A DNA stretch of 64,000 bases from an uncultured Chloroflexia bacterium (GCA_963718285.1 CAVQYU010000004.1:21988-85987); one strand, 5' to 3'. Positions 1-10,264 are shown, numbered from the stretch's first letter. Notes: generated by a model from the sequence alone, not told the origin. A program made the numbers and translations.

Positions 1-1734
<1,734 letters not shown>

Positions 1735-1811
1735 GGAACCTCCAGGCTGGGCGAGGTCGATCGCCGATCGCTCGCCAGTGTGCGACGCCGGAACCCGGCG
1801 TCGTCGCGCGA

Positions 1812-2817
1812 TCAGCGCCCCAGCCAGCGGCCCAGCGGATGACCCTGGCCCGGGCCGATGGCCCGGCGCACGATCGCGTCGGCGAAGACGAGATCGGCCA
1901 GCCCAACGCCCAGGTGGCTGACCAGGACGCGGCCCTCCGGCGGGCGGCCGACCCCAGCCCGGATCGCCTGGCCGATCGTCGACGCTGGATCTGGGTAGTC
2001 GTCGAACTGGCCGGCGAGGCGGTTGGCCTCGAACTGGCCGAGCTCATCGACAAGGAACAGCGCCGGCCTCCCGGGCCACCGCGTGATGGACGCTCGTCGA
2101 ATAGTCGATCGCGACCACCAGGCCATCGGCGGCCAGGTCATCGCTGCCGAGGGTCTGCCGGACCGGCCCGAACGAAACCGCCGTGACGACCAGGTCGGCG
2201 GCCCGAGTCGCCTCGGCCGGGCTCCCGGCAACGCCGGCCGCGGCGATCCCGGCGACGGCGCGGGCCGCTCCGGCGACGGCCTCGGCCCGATCCGGATGCC
2301 GGTCGTAGATGGTCAGCTCCGCGCCGGGCAGCAGGGCGCCGATGACCGGCAGATGGCTGCGGGCCTGGATGCCGGCGCCCAGGATCGCGACCCGGCTCGA
2401 TCCGCCCGGCCGACGGGCCCAGTGGCGGATGGCCACGCCGCTCACCGCGGCCGTCCGATCGGCGGTGATCGGGCCACCGTCGAGGATCGCGACCGGCTGG
2501 CCGGTAAGCGGGTCGGTCAGGATGACGGTCGCATGGATCGTGGGCAGGCCGAGGGCGGCATTTCCGGGGAACCCGGCGACCCATTTGATCCCTACCAGGT
2601 CAGCCGCTCCGTCGGCGGCCGGCCCGCGCAGGTAGGCCGGCATGGCATGGGCGAACGAGCCGGCCGGCCGCGGGTGGACGCCGATCTTGGGCGGCAGCTC
2701 GGCCTCGTCGACGAGGGCGAGCATCGCTCGCTCGGCCAGCTCGATCCGCTCCTCCACCGGCGGCATCGCCGCGCGGACGGCGGCCGCGTCCAGGTACAGG
2801 ATCTCGGCGTGGGCCAC
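1812..2817 (-). CDS. ornithine cyclodeaminase / mu-crystallin family protein (one frame change near 2045-2070)
   Basis: ORF 2044..2817 (MAHAEILYLDAAAVRAAMP...VAILGAGIQARSHL...VVAIDYS) is OCD-like. The C-terminus continues in the frame of ORF 1812..2231 (ALFLVDELGQFEANRLAGQFDDYPDPASTIGQAIRAG...VLVSHLGVGLADLVFADAIVRRA). Confidence 0.8.
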
Positions 2818-2823
2818 CTGCCG

Positions 2824-2829
2824 AGTCTA
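2824..2829 (-). promoter_or_regulatory. putative -10 hexamer TAGACT, 6 nt upstream of GTG 2817 (leaderless-type start of OCD-family gene)
   Basis: The minus strand reads cccTAGACTcggcagGTG. No purine-rich SD lies in between. Confidence 0.45.
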
Positions 2830-2892
2830 GGGCCGGCGGCACGGCCGGTCTGCCTCGGCCGGTCTGCATCTGGCCGGTCGGCCGCGGCAGGC

Positions 2893-2898
2893 TACCAT
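2893..2898 (+). promoter_or_regulatory. putative -10 hexamer TACCAT, 7 nt upstream of ATG 2906 (leaderless-type start of VIT1 gene)
   Basis: gcTACCATcggctcgATG. The same TACCATCG-N5-ATG arrangement recurs at 23547 and 51481. Confidence 0.45.
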
Positions 2899-2905
2899 CG
2901 GCTCG

Positions 2906-4081
2906 ATGGCCACAATCGATCGTCCAGCAGAGCCTCGAGAATCTCAAGCTCGAGCGGGACGCGATCGTCCTGTACGACGCGCTGGCCGGGATCGAGAAGG
3001 ACGAGCGCCGGGCCGCGGCCTTCCGGACCATCGCCTCGAACGAGCGACGCCACGCCGAGGTGTGGGCCGGCAAGCTGCGCGAGCTCGGGGCGAGCGTGCC
3101 GGAACCCGGCGGAGCGCGCTTGCGGGTGCGCCTGATCATCGGCCTGGCCCGGATCTTCGGGACGAGCTCGGTCAGCGACCTGGTCCAGGCGCTCGAGGGC
3201 GACGAAGAGGACGCCTACACCGGCCAGGCCTCACCCGAGGTCGTGGCGATCGCCGCCGACGAGCGCGAGCACGCCGAGATCTGGCGTCGGCTCGAGGGCA
3301 AGGCGGCACCCGGCGCGGCCGCATGGCGTCCCGGCCGAGGCGTCTCCGCGAGGTCCAGGTGCCCCGTCCGCGGGGCGAGGTCGGGCGCGATGAGCGCTGG
3401 CACCGGACCGGCCAGTCGGGCACCCTGCGGGCGGTGATCTTCGGGGTCTCGGACGGCCTGGTCAGCAACACGTCGCTGGTCATGGGCGTGACCGGCGCCT
3501 CGGCCGATCCGCACTTCATCCTGCTGGCTGGAATTGCCGGGCTGCTGGCCGGCTCGTTCAGCATGGCCGCCGGCGAGTACATCTCGATGCAATCCCAGCG
3601 CGAGCTCTACGAGCGCCAGATCGCCCTCGAGCGAGCCGAGATGCAGGCGATGCCCGACGAGGAGCAGGCCGAGCTCGCGTCGATCTACCGGGCGAAGGGC
3701 TTCTCCGAGGACGAGGCGAACCGCGTCGCCGCCCGGCTGTTCCGCGATCCCGAGGCGGCCCTCGACACCCTGATCCGGGAGGAGCTCGGACTCGATCCTG
3801 ACCAGCTCGGCTCGCCCTGGCGGGCCGCCTTCGGGTCGCTCGTGGCGTTCGCGGCCGGGGCGGCCGTGCCGGTCCTGCCGTACCTGGTGGCCTCGGGTGC
3901 GCCAGCCTTCGTGGCCAGCCTGATCCTGAGCCTGGCGGCGATGTTCGTTGTCGGCGTCGGGATCAGCCTGCTGACCGGCCGGGGCGCGATCTTCAGCGGC
4001 GCCCGCCAGGTGTTCATCGGGGCCCTGGCGGCCACGGTCACGTTCATCGTTGGCCGGCTGATCGGCGTGGCCGCAGCCTGA
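2906..4081 (+). CDS. VIT1/CCC1-family iron/manganese transporter with N-terminal ferritin/rubrerythrin-like domain (about 2 frame changes)
   Basis: The VIT1 domain is in the ORF 2906..4081 frame (RAVIFGVSDGLVSNTSLVMGV...AAGEYISMQSQRELYERQ... plus C-terminal TM helices). The ferritin-like domain reads in the ORF 3060..3437 frame and just upstream of it (LKLERDAIVLYDALAGIEKDERRAAAFRTIASNERRHAEVWAGKL...ADEREHAEIWRRLEG). One shift is needed within a few codons of ATG 2906 and another between about 3300 and 3390. Confidence 0.75.
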   Translation: MATIDRPAEPRESQARAGRDRPVRRAGRDREGRAPGRGLPDHRLERATPRRGVGRQAARARGERAGTRRSALAGAPDHRPGPDLRDELGQRPGPGARGRRRGRLHRPGLTRGRGDRRRRARARRDLASARGQGGTRRGRMASRPRRLREVQVPRPRGEVGRDERWHRTGQSGTLRAVIFGVSDGLVSNTSLVMGVTGASADPHFILLAGIAGLLAGSFSMAAGEYISMQSQRELYERQIALERAEMQAMPDEEQAELASIYRAKGFSEDEANRVAARLFRDPEAALDTLIREELGLDPDQLGSPWRAAFGSLVAFAAGAAVPVLPYLVASGAPAFVASLILSLAAMFVVGVGISLLTGRGAIFSGARQVFIGALAATVTFIVGRLIGVAAA

Positions 4082-4083
4082 CG

Positions 4084-4581
4084 ATGGCCGGTCCTGATCT
4101 CGGCGGGCGGCTGCGCGCCGAAGGCCTCGATTCAGGCGAGTGGGGGAACGGTCCGGGCGATCGCTATGGCGCGCATCGGCACGGCTACGACAAGGTGATC
4201 GTCGTCAGCGCGGGCTCCATCCGGTTCGGGTTGCCCGGCCCCGGACTGAGCCTCGACCTGGCCGCCGGCGACCGTCTCGAGCTGCCGGCGGGAACTGAGC
4301 ACGACGCACTCGTCGGCCTGTCCGGCGTCAGCTGCCTGGAGGCCCATCTCCCAGCCGGACGGATCCCGGCCGCGCGCGGATCCCGGCGGGAGAGTGGTGA
4401 TCGTGCGGCTGGGCGTCACGGCGTCGTGCGTGGCCAGGCGCGGAGTGTGTACTCAGAACAGCAAATCGAGCATTTGAGGGCTCGACGAGCCGGATCACGG
4501 GGTCACGCGGCGCCCGGGCGCATCGGGAAGCTGGGATTCATCCCCGCCCACGTTCGGCCCGAGGATGAATCGTGGGGCTGA
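4084..4581 (+). CDS. cupin-domain protein (only the first ~95 codons look protein-like; true 3' end uncertain)
   Basis: ORF 4084..4581: GEWGNGPGDRYGAHRHGYDKVIVVSAGSIRFGL...DLAAGDRLELPAGTEHDALVG is cupin-like. The ATG lies 2 nt after the VIT1 stop. Beyond about 4390 the translation turns Arg/Gly-rich and runs into a low-GC structured region. Confidence 0.5.
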   Translation: MAGPDLGGRLRAEGLDSGEWGNGPGDRYGAHRHGYDKVIVVSAGSIRFGLPGPGLSLDLAAGDRLELPAGTEHDALVGLSGVSCLEAHLPAGRIPAARGSRRESGDRAAGRHGVVRGQARSVYSEQQIEHLRARRAGSRGHAAPGRIGKLGFIPAHVRPEDESWG

Positions 4582-4639
4582 TGCGGGCGAGGCACCGGTG
4601 CCACGGCCGAAAAGCGCTCGTTTGTGTTCTGAGCGCACA
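4446..4639. repeat. 194-bp element bounded by a ~26-nt imperfect inverted repeat and containing several internal hairpins or palindromes (candidate structured RNA or MITE-like relic)
   Basis: Arm 4446-4471 (TGTGTACTCAGAACAGCAAATCGAGC) pairs with arm 4614-4639 (GCGCTCGTTTGTGTTCTGAGCGCACA), about 22-24 bp including GU pairs and two bulges. Inside are GATTCATCC (4535-4543) / GGATGAATC (4563-4571) and the palindromes GCGCCCGGGCGC and GGCACCGGTGCC. Local GC is visibly lower than the flanks. Confidence 0.4.
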
Positions 4640-4704
4640 TCGGGCAACCCACTCTGTGGACCAGACGCCGACCAGCACCTCGGGATGACCCGCAGAATCG
4701 ACAA

Positions 4705-4725
4705 GGCCCCCGGCGTTCGGGGGCC
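4705..4725 (-). terminator. stem-loop GGCCCCCG-GCGTT-CGGGGGCC, likely intrinsic terminator of the small minus-strand gene ending at 4759
   Basis: Perfect 8-bp GC stem with a 5-nt loop. On the minus strand it is followed by TTGTCGATTCTG (moderately U-rich). It lies 34 nt downstream of the stop at 4759. Confidence 0.45.
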
Positions 4726-4758
4726 TCGTGGGGGTAGGCTTGGGCCTGCCGCGCTGGA

Positions 4759-4893
4759 TCAGCGCATTCCGTAGCGAGTCCAGGCTGCGAGATGATCGCG
4801 TGGATCGGTGCCCTCTCGACCTTCGTCGGAAGAGAGCAGGATGCTCACAAACGCGAAGAGCGCGAGGAGGCCGACGGCGCTGGCGAGCAGCAT
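4759..4893 (-). CDS. small membrane protein, 44 aa (hypothetical)
   Basis: This is the internal ATG of ORF 4759..5091: MLLASAVGLLALFAFVSILLSSDEGREGTDPRDHLAAWTRYGMR. GGAGG lies 8 nt upstream (plus-strand cctcc at 4902-4906). It has one TM helix plus a charged tail, and the hairpin at 4705-4725 lies downstream. Confidence 0.45.
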   Translation of the reverse strand: MLLASAVGLLALFAFVSILLSSDEGREGTDPRDHLAAWTRYGMR

Positions 4894-4988
4894 GTCGTGT
4901 TCCTCCAAATCATTCGGACGTCGTTCGCCGCGGCTGGGCTCTCCGCATCGGGCGGAGCTCGGTTCGTCCGGTTGCTTAGAACGACTGT

Positions 4989-5032
4989 AACCTAACAAAT
5001 CGATAGTGTCAAAGCCACCTAACCTAACAAAT
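4989..5032. promoter_or_regulatory. two exact 12-bp direct repeats AACCTAACAAAT (4989-5000 and 5021-5032) in the AT-rich divergent promoter region upstream of the Lrp-family gene
   Basis: Exact repeat read directly from the sequence, with 32 bp start-to-start spacing (about 3 helical turns). It lies between the small membrane gene (start 4893, minus) and the Lrp gene (ATG 5042, AAGGA 5 nt upstream). Confidence 0.4.
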
Positions 5033-5041
5033 AAGGACCAG

Positions 5042-5533
5042 ATGACTCGACAGGACGGACTGAGCAGGACAGACCTGCAAATCGTCGACATCCTCCAGCG
5101 GGATGGCCGGGCGTCCTATGCGGACATCGGCGCCGCTGTGGGGATGAGCGCGCCGTCGGCCCACGAGCGAGTCAAGAAGCTCGAGACGCGGGGCGTGATC
5201 CTGGGCTACGCGGCTCGGGTCGATGCCCGGGCGGTAGGCCGGGGGATCCTCGCCTTCAGCTGGATCCGCCAGTCGCCCGGCCCGCCGACCGGCGACCTGA
5301 CCGACGCGTTCCGGGACCTGCCCGAGGTCGAGGAGTGCCACCACATCGCCGGCGAGGCCGACTACCTGCTCAAGGTGCGGGCCGCCGACACCCTCGACCT
5401 GGAGCGGGTCATGAAGCAGATCCAGGCGCTCCCGTTCGTGTACACGACCGAGACCGACGTGGTCTACTCCAGCGCGTTCGAGCAGCGGCCGCTGGCAATC
5501 CCGGTTGAAACCGACGCCGGATCGGAGGCGTAG
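5042..5533 (+). CDS. Lrp/AsnC-family transcriptional regulator
   Basis: ORF 5006..5533: LSRTDLQIVDILQRDGRASYADIGAAVGMSAPSAHERVKKLETRGVILGY (HTH) followed by an RAM/ASNC domain. I prefer ATG 5042 (MTRQDG...) because of the AAGGA at 5034-5038. Confidence 0.85.
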   Translation: MTRQDGLSRTDLQIVDILQRDGRASYADIGAAVGMSAPSAHERVKKLETRGVILGYAARVDARAVGRGILAFSWIRQSPGPPTGDLTDAFRDLPEVEECHHIAGEADYLLKVRAADTLDLERVMKQIQALPFVYTTETDVVYSSAFEQRPLAIPVETDAGSEA

Positions 5534-5536
5534 CCG

Positions 5537-6191
5537 ATGTCAGGCGAGGACTCCGAGCTGGTCCGGGCGGTTGCGGCCGGATCCGAGGACGCCCTCGTCG
5601 CTGTTGTATGACCAGTACGCCGGAGCGGTCTATGCCACTGCTCGACGGCTGACCAGCGATCGAGGCCTAGCCGAAGACGTGGTTCAGGAAACATTTCTCG
5701 CCCTCTGGAACCGGGCCGAGCAGTTCGACCCGACGATGGGCTCGCTGCCGGCCTGGCTGCTGACGATCGCGCGCAATCGCACGATCGATCGGCTGCGCGC
5801 CCTCGGTCGGCGCCCGCCGACGATGGCCGTATCCGACGTCGCCCTGCCCGATGAAGGCGATACCGCGACGCTCGAACGGCTGCTCAGCGGCGGCTCGGTC
5901 GTGGGTGCCGGGCGGCCGGTGATGGGCCCGGCGGCGATCCTGGAAGGCGTCGAGCTGCGGTCGTCGCTCGCGTCCGCCCTGGCCGAGCTGCCCGACACCG
6001 AGCGAACCGTGCTCGTCCTGGCCTATCGCGACGAGCTCAGCCAGAGCGAGATTGCCGAACGCCTCGGCTGGCCGATCGGGACGGTCAAGACCCGGACCCG
6101 GCGAGCGCTCCTGCGGATGCGCTCCGCCCTGGGACCGGGCTTCATGCCGGTCGACGAATCCGGGACCGTGAGCGCGGTGGTCGACCGATGA
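5537..6191 (+). CDS. ECF (sigma-70 family) RNA polymerase sigma factor (one frame change at ~5600-5608)
   Basis: ATG 5537 (GGAGG 8 nt upstream) gives MSGEDSELVRAVAAGSEDALVAV, then an in-frame TGA. Removing one T from the GTT run restores ...VYDQYAGAVYATARRLTSDRGLAEDVVQETFLALW (region 2) and ...ELSQSEIAERLGWPIGTVKTRTRRALLRMR (region 4) in the ORF 5505..6191 frame. Confidence 0.85.
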
Positions 6192-7060
6192 TGGACCACC
6201 GCGAAGCAAGGGAAATGCTCGAGCTGGCTGCCGTCGAGCCAAACGGGCTGGACCGACTGGCGGCCGGCGACACGACGGCCTCGGCCGCCCTGGCCGGCCA
6301 CCTGGCCGGCTGTCCGGACTGCGCCGCGGAGTCCGAGCGCCTGCGCCAGTCCGCGCTCCTCATCCGGGACGTCGTCCTCGAGTCGCCGCCGCCGGAGCTG
6401 CGCGAGCGGACCCTGGCACTCGTCCGCGAGGTCGGCCGGCCGCGCGGCACGCGCTGCGCTGGCTCTGGCCACCGCGGCTCCGGCCATCGCGGCGTCTGCC
6501 GCCCCGGCGTTCCAGGCACCCCAACCGATCGACGCGGGCCGCCGCCGCCGATCGTGGCGCACGGTCGCGCTGCCCCTCGGCCTCGCTGCCGCGATCGTCC
6601 TGACCGTGATCGGCACCGCGGCCGTGGTCTCCAACCGGAACGCCGCCGCCCTGGCGGAGAGCCAGGAGACGACGGCCGAGCTGGCCCAGCTCGCCAACTG
6701 GAGCCTGAGGGTCAGCGCCGAGCCCGACGCAACCCGGATCAGCCTGGTCGGCAGCCCCGGTACGAAGGCCAGCGGGACGCTCCTCTACTCGCCGACGAGC
6801 ACCGACCTGGTGGTGGTCGCGCGGGGCCTGGCGCCGGCCCCGGCCGGCCAGGAATATCGCTGCTGGGTCCTGGTCGATGGCAGCCGCCACGACGTCGGCC
6901 TGATGGACATCGGGGCCGGGCTCGCCTACTGGGTCGGACCGGTCCCGGGTCTCGATAACCTTCCGGCCGGCACGCCCTTCGGCGTGTCATTGGCCCAGGT
7001 CAATGGCCCGATCACCTCGGCCGATCCCGTCCTGAGCGGCACGTCGGCGGATGACGATCA
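6188..7060 (+). CDS. anti-sigma factor, zf-HC2 N-terminus + TM + RskA-like C-terminal domain (frame change at ~6440; 3' end uncertain)
   Basis: ATGA start/stop overlap with the sigma gene. The N-terminus is MMDHREAREMLELAAVE...HLAGCPDCAAESERL (ORF 6188..6958). After about 6440 it continues in the ORF 6606..7409 frame: ...WRTVALPLGLAAAIVLTVIGTAAVV...LVVVARGLAPAPAGQEYRCWVLVDG...FGVSLAQVNGP. That frame has no stop before it collides with the minus-strand gene at 7095..7358, so another indel is likely. Confidence 0.6.
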
Positions 7061-7094
7061 AGCGGGGATCCGCACGGGCCAAGGAGCCAGCAGC

Positions 7095-7358
7095 TCAGTG
7101 GGCGTGTTCCTCGGCCCGGAGTGCGCCCAGGTCTGGCCACTGGGCGCCGCAGGCGAGACAGCCGATGGCGGGCTGCTCCAGGCTGGGAGTCATGCCCATG
7201 CCGATCGCCTCGTCCAGCGGGTGATAGTCGGTCACGTCGATCTCGGGCATTTGAAGCAGGGCCAACCGATGGGCTCCGCAGCGTGGGCAGGCATCCTCGG
7301 ACCGGGCCGAGTCGTCCGGCCCGTCCTGCTCGGGTGTCCCTTCAGGGGAATTCGTCAC
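7095..7358 (-). CDS. small zinc-ribbon-like protein (CxxC...CxxC), hypothetical
   Basis: ORF 7095..7358: ...DACPRCGAHRLALLQMPEIDVTDYHPLDEAIGMGMTPSLEQPAIGCLACGAQW... The composition is protein-like. It is convergent with the anti-sigma gene. Confidence 0.45.
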   Translation of the reverse strand: MTNSPEGTPEQDGPDDSARSEDACPRCGAHRLALLQMPEIDVTDYHPLDEAIGMGMTPSLEQPAIGCLACGAQWPDLGALRAEEHAH

Positions 7359-7405
7359 GGGTCAGTCTCCAGTGCGGGTGCCGATCGGGCCCGGCGCGAG
7401 GGTCG

Positions 7406-8134
7406 ATGATGCCTCGCCCGGCAACATCGCGTCAGGGCAACCCCGTGCCCGAGGCTGACGTCGCCGCGATGTTCGACGAGATCGCGCCCGTCTACGACCG
7501 GGTCAACACCCTGATGACGGCCGGTGGTGATGGCCGCTGGCGGCGGGCCGCGGCCGCGGCGACCAAGCTCGAGTCCGGCGGCGCCGCGGTCGACGTGGCC
7601 TGCGGCACGGGCAAGCTCAGCGCCAGCCTGGCCGAGCTCGTCGGGCCGTTCGGGCGGGTGGTGGGCCTCGACCTGTCGCCGGCCATGGTCGGCCTGGCCG
7701 GCGCGACCTACGCCGACCTCGTGCAGCTGTCGTTCCGAGTCGGCAATGCCCTCGAGCTGCCCTTCGAGTCCGGCGAGTTCGATGCCGCGACGATCGCCTT
7801 CGGCCTGCGCAACCTGGCCGATTTCGAGGCCGGATTCCGGGAGCTCGCCCGGGTCGTCAAACCGGGCGGCCGGATCGTTTGCCTCGAGCTGTCGACGCCG
7901 CCCCAGCGGGGCTGGAGCCGGATCTTTCGGTCGTTCTTCGGGCGGCTCGCTCCGCTGGTGGCCGGCGCCTTCGGCCATGGCGACACGTACCGCTACCTGC
8001 CCAGCTCGCTCGACGGCTTTCCGGACGCGGCCGTCCTGGCCGCGACGATGAGCCGGGCCGGCCTGGTCGACGTCTCGTTTCGACGCCTGGCCCTGGGCGC
8101 CGTGGCCCTCCACACCGGGAGGGTGGCCGGCTAG
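7406..8134 (+). CDS. ubiE: demethylmenaquinone / ubiquinone C-methyltransferase (UbiE/MenG family)
   Basis: Internal ATG of ORF 7121..8134 (GAGGG 4 nt upstream): MMPRP...MFDEIAPVYDRVNTLMTAGGDGRWRR...VDVACGTGKL...LELPFESGEFDAATIAFGLRNLADFEAGFRELARVVKPGGRIVCLE...YRYLPSS. Confidence 0.85.
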   Translation: MMPRPATSRQGNPVPEADVAAMFDEIAPVYDRVNTLMTAGGDGRWRRAAAAATKLESGGAAVDVACGTGKLSASLAELVGPFGRVVGLDLSPAMVGLAGATYADLVQLSFRVGNALELPFESGEFDAATIAFGLRNLADFEAGFRELARVVKPGGRIVCLELSTPPQRGWSRIFRSFFGRLAPLVAGAFGHGDTYRYLPSSLDGFPDAAVLAATMSRAGLVDVSFRRLALGAVALHTGRVAG

Positions 8135-8463
8135 GGCGCGGCCGGACCGGCTGGCGCGGACGGAGCGGACGGAGCGGACGGCCCGGATGGGGCTGCCGGG
8201 GCCGGAGTCTCGAGCTCTTCGGCCTGCATGGCCGGGCCGGCGAGCCACTCGCGGTTGAGCCGCAGGACGTCCTCGACGAGAGCCGGATCGAGGGGCTGCT
8301 CGGCGGAGCCCAGCTGGCCGGCGATCCAGTCGGCCTCGTGGCTCAGCTCGGCATCGGCCTGCTCATCCGCCGCGCGGCTGAAATCGGCCATGACCAGGAA
8401 GACCAGGATGGCCCCGATCGCCAGGCCGACCAGCAGCAGCCACCATTGAAACTCGGCGTTCAT
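8131..8463 (-). CDS. small membrane protein with C-terminal Ser-Ala-Pro repeats (hypothetical)
   Basis: ORF 8131..8472; I prefer ATG 8463: MNAEFQWWLLLVGLAIGAILVFLVMADF... ending PAAPSGPSAPSAPSAPAGPAAP. Its stop shares the CTAG at 8131-8134 with the ubiE stop. Confidence 0.5.
   Translation of the reverse strand: MNAEFQWWLLLVGLAIGAILVFLVMADFSRAADEQADAELSHEADWIAGQLGSAEQPLDPALVEDVLRLNREWLAGPAMQAEELETPAPAAPSGPSAPSAPSAPAGPAAP
8152..8187. repeat. ~4 tandem copies of a 9-bp unit (CGGAGCGGA-like) encoding the SAPSAPSAP tail
   Basis: Read directly: tggcgcgga cggagcgga cggagcgga cggcccgga. It is coding, on the minus strand. Confidence 0.7.
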
Positions 8464-8471
8464 CGGCGCCA

Positions 8472-8477
8472 AGTATA
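8472..8477 (-). promoter_or_regulatory. putative -10 hexamer TATACT, 8 nt upstream of ATG 8463
   Basis: The minus strand reads ctccTATACTtggcgccgATG. Confidence 0.4.
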
Positions 8478-8487
8478 GGAGCCCGGC

Positions 8488-8493
8488 TACACT
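8488..8493 (+). promoter_or_regulatory. putative -10 hexamer TACACT, 8 nt upstream of lgt ATG 8502
   Basis: gcTACACTcgtccacgATG, with no SD. It sits back-to-back with the minus-strand box at 8472-8477 in a 38-bp intergenic region. Confidence 0.4.
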
Positions 8494-8501
8494 CGTCCAC
8501 G

Positions 8502-9398
8502 ATGTTCGACTTCACGCCGCCGTCGGTGGCCATCCAGATCGGACCGATCCCGATCTACTTCTACGGCATCTGCTACGCCCTTGGGCTGGTCCTGGCCTAC
8601 TTCGTGATCCGGCACGGCGTCCGGGCTCGCGGCCTCGACGAGAACCTGTTTGCCAACGGCATGATCATCGTCGCGATCGCGGCCCTGATTGGCGGCCGGG
8701 CCTACCACGTGATCGACCAATGGGCCCTCTACAAGGACGACCTGACCAAGATCGTCCTGCCGCCCTACGCCGGCCTGGGCGTCTACGGCGGCATCTTCGC
8801 CGGCCTGGTCGCCGTCGTCATCTACGTCCGGATCAACCGCCAGTCGTTCTGGGCGTGGGCCGACGTAATCGTGCCCGGCCTGTTCGCGATGGAGTTCGTG
8901 GCGCGCTGGGGCAACTTCTTCAACCAGGAGCTGTACGGGCCTCCGACCACGGCGCCCTGGGGCATCCCGATCGACTGCGCCCATCGGGTGGCCGGCTACC
9001 TCTGTCCACCCGACGGCAGCACCCCCGCCGGCACCCTGTTCCAGCCGTTGTTCCTGTATGAATCGATCTCGGGCCTGCTCGGCATGCTCACCTTGCTGTG
9101 GCTGTCGCGGCGCTACGCCAGCCGGCTGCGAACCGGCGAGATCGCCCTGATCTTCTTCATCTGGTACGCCGCGGTGCGCTTCGTCCTGGAGTTCCTGCGG
9201 GTCGACAACTGGACGTTCTTCGGCATCCCCACGGCGCAGCTGATCTCGATCGTCGTGATCGTCGTGTCGCTGGCCCTGCTCGCGGTCCGCCATCGGCGGC
9301 TGCCGCCGGGCCTGTCGATGCCGGCCGAGCCGCCGCCGACCGACGAGGAAGAGGCAGGCGAGCTGGCCCCGGCCGAAGCCGGCGCCCCGAGCAGCTGA
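8502..9398 (+). CDS. lgt: prolipoprotein diacylglyceryl transferase
   Basis: Intact 298-aa ORF: IPIYFYGICYALGLVLAY..., GGRAYHV, GLGVYGGIFAG, RWGNFFNQELYGPPT..PWGI. Confidence 0.9.
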   Translation: MFDFTPPSVAIQIGPIPIYFYGICYALGLVLAYFVIRHGVRARGLDENLFANGMIIVAIAALIGGRAYHVIDQWALYKDDLTKIVLPPYAGLGVYGGIFAGLVAVVIYVRINRQSFWAWADVIVPGLFAMEFVARWGNFFNQELYGPPTTAPWGIPIDCAHRVAGYLCPPDGSTPAGTLFQPLFLYESISGLLGMLTLLWLSRRYASRLRTGEIALIFFIWYAAVRFVLEFLRVDNWTFFGIPTAQLISIVVIVVSLALLAVRHRRLPPGLSMPAEPPPTDEEEAGELAPAEAGAPSS

Positions 9399-9514
9399 CC
9401 AGCCGTCGCCCTCGGGCGCGCCTCTCGCCCGAGGCCCTGGCCCGGGACCGGGGCGGCGTCCAGGAAGGGCTGGCCTGGCTCGGCCGGCAGCCTGAAGCCG
9501 GCGTTGGTCCGCTC

Positions 9515-10252
9515 GTGCGGATCCTGGCGCTGGCCTTCCGGGCGATCGCCTTCGGCGTCCTTCGCCTTCACCACGAGCGCCAGGGCAGCGAGCACGTCCC
9601 GGCCGGCGGGGGCTACGTGGTCGCGGCTGCCGTCCACCGCGGCTGGATGGATCCGTTCCTGATCATGCATGCCCTTCCGCTCGCTCCCCGGGTCTGGTTC
9701 CTGGGCAGCGGTCCGTCGGCCTTCAGCTCGCGCTGGCGCGAGCGGCTCCTCCATCGGGTCGGCGGGATGCTGCCGGTCTGGCGTGGGGGAATCGGGATCG
9801 AGCAGCACGTGGCGTCGGCCCGGGCCGTCCTCGGGGCGGGCGGCGTGTTCGTGCTCATCCCCGAGGGTGGGATCGCCGGCCCACCCGATCGGCTCGCCCC
9901 GTTCCGCTTCGGCTCGGCCCTGATCGCCCTGCGCGTTGGTGCCCCGATCCTGCCGATCGCCATGGCCGGCAGCGCGGAGCTGTACGTCGGGCGGCGCATG
10001 GCCACCCGCCTCCTGCCGGTCACGAGCGCGGCCGAGCTGCTCGGGCCGGACTGGCCGCCGGACGGGGCGCTGCCCGCGCCGGGCAGCCGGGCCGAGCTGG
10101 ACCTGGCCCATCGCCTGACCGAACGGCTGGCCGAGGTCCTCGGCCCGGCTGTCGCGGAGATCTACCCGGGCACCGTCGACCCGCCCGGCCGGCCCAGGCG
10201 GTTGCGCCGCCTGACCTGGCTGTTCCTGGCCCGGCCCCGGCAGCGAGGCTGA
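9515..10252 (+). CDS. lysophospholipid (1-acyl-sn-glycerol-3-phosphate) acyltransferase family protein; start uncertain
   Basis: C-terminal two-thirds of ORF 9098..10252: [15 protein letters not shown] (HX4D motif) and [12 protein letters not shown] (PEGG motif). The in-frame GTG at 9515 ([13 protein letters not shown]...) is a plausible start, because upstream the same frame overlaps lgt. Confidence 0.7.
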   Translation: MRILALAFRAIAFGVLRLHHERQGSEHVPAGGGYVVAAAVHRGWMDPFLIMHALPLAPRVWFLGSGPSAFSSRWRERLLHRVGGMLPVWRGGIGIEQHVASARAVLGAGGVFVLIPEGGIAGPPDRLAPFRFGSALIALRVGAPILPIAMAGSAELYVGRRMATRLLPVTSAAELLGPDWPPDGALPAPGSRAELDLAHRLTERLAEVLGPAVAEIYPGTVDPPGRPRRLRRLTWLFLARPRQRG

Positions 10253-10264
10253 GTCGCGAGCGGC

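Noticed and set aside
4446-4639. Calling the inverted-repeat element a MITE or IS remnant outright
   Set aside because: I could not find a target-site duplication flanking the arms. No second copy is visible in this window, and no transposase is present. It is left as an unclassified structured element.
8152-8187. Short tandem repeats (also at 56592-56639 and 49950-49980) as a possible CRISPR array or minisatellite locus
   Set aside because: The units are 9-12 bp and contiguous, with no spacers. Two of the three sets are in-frame coding repeats. There are no cas genes. This is not CRISPR.
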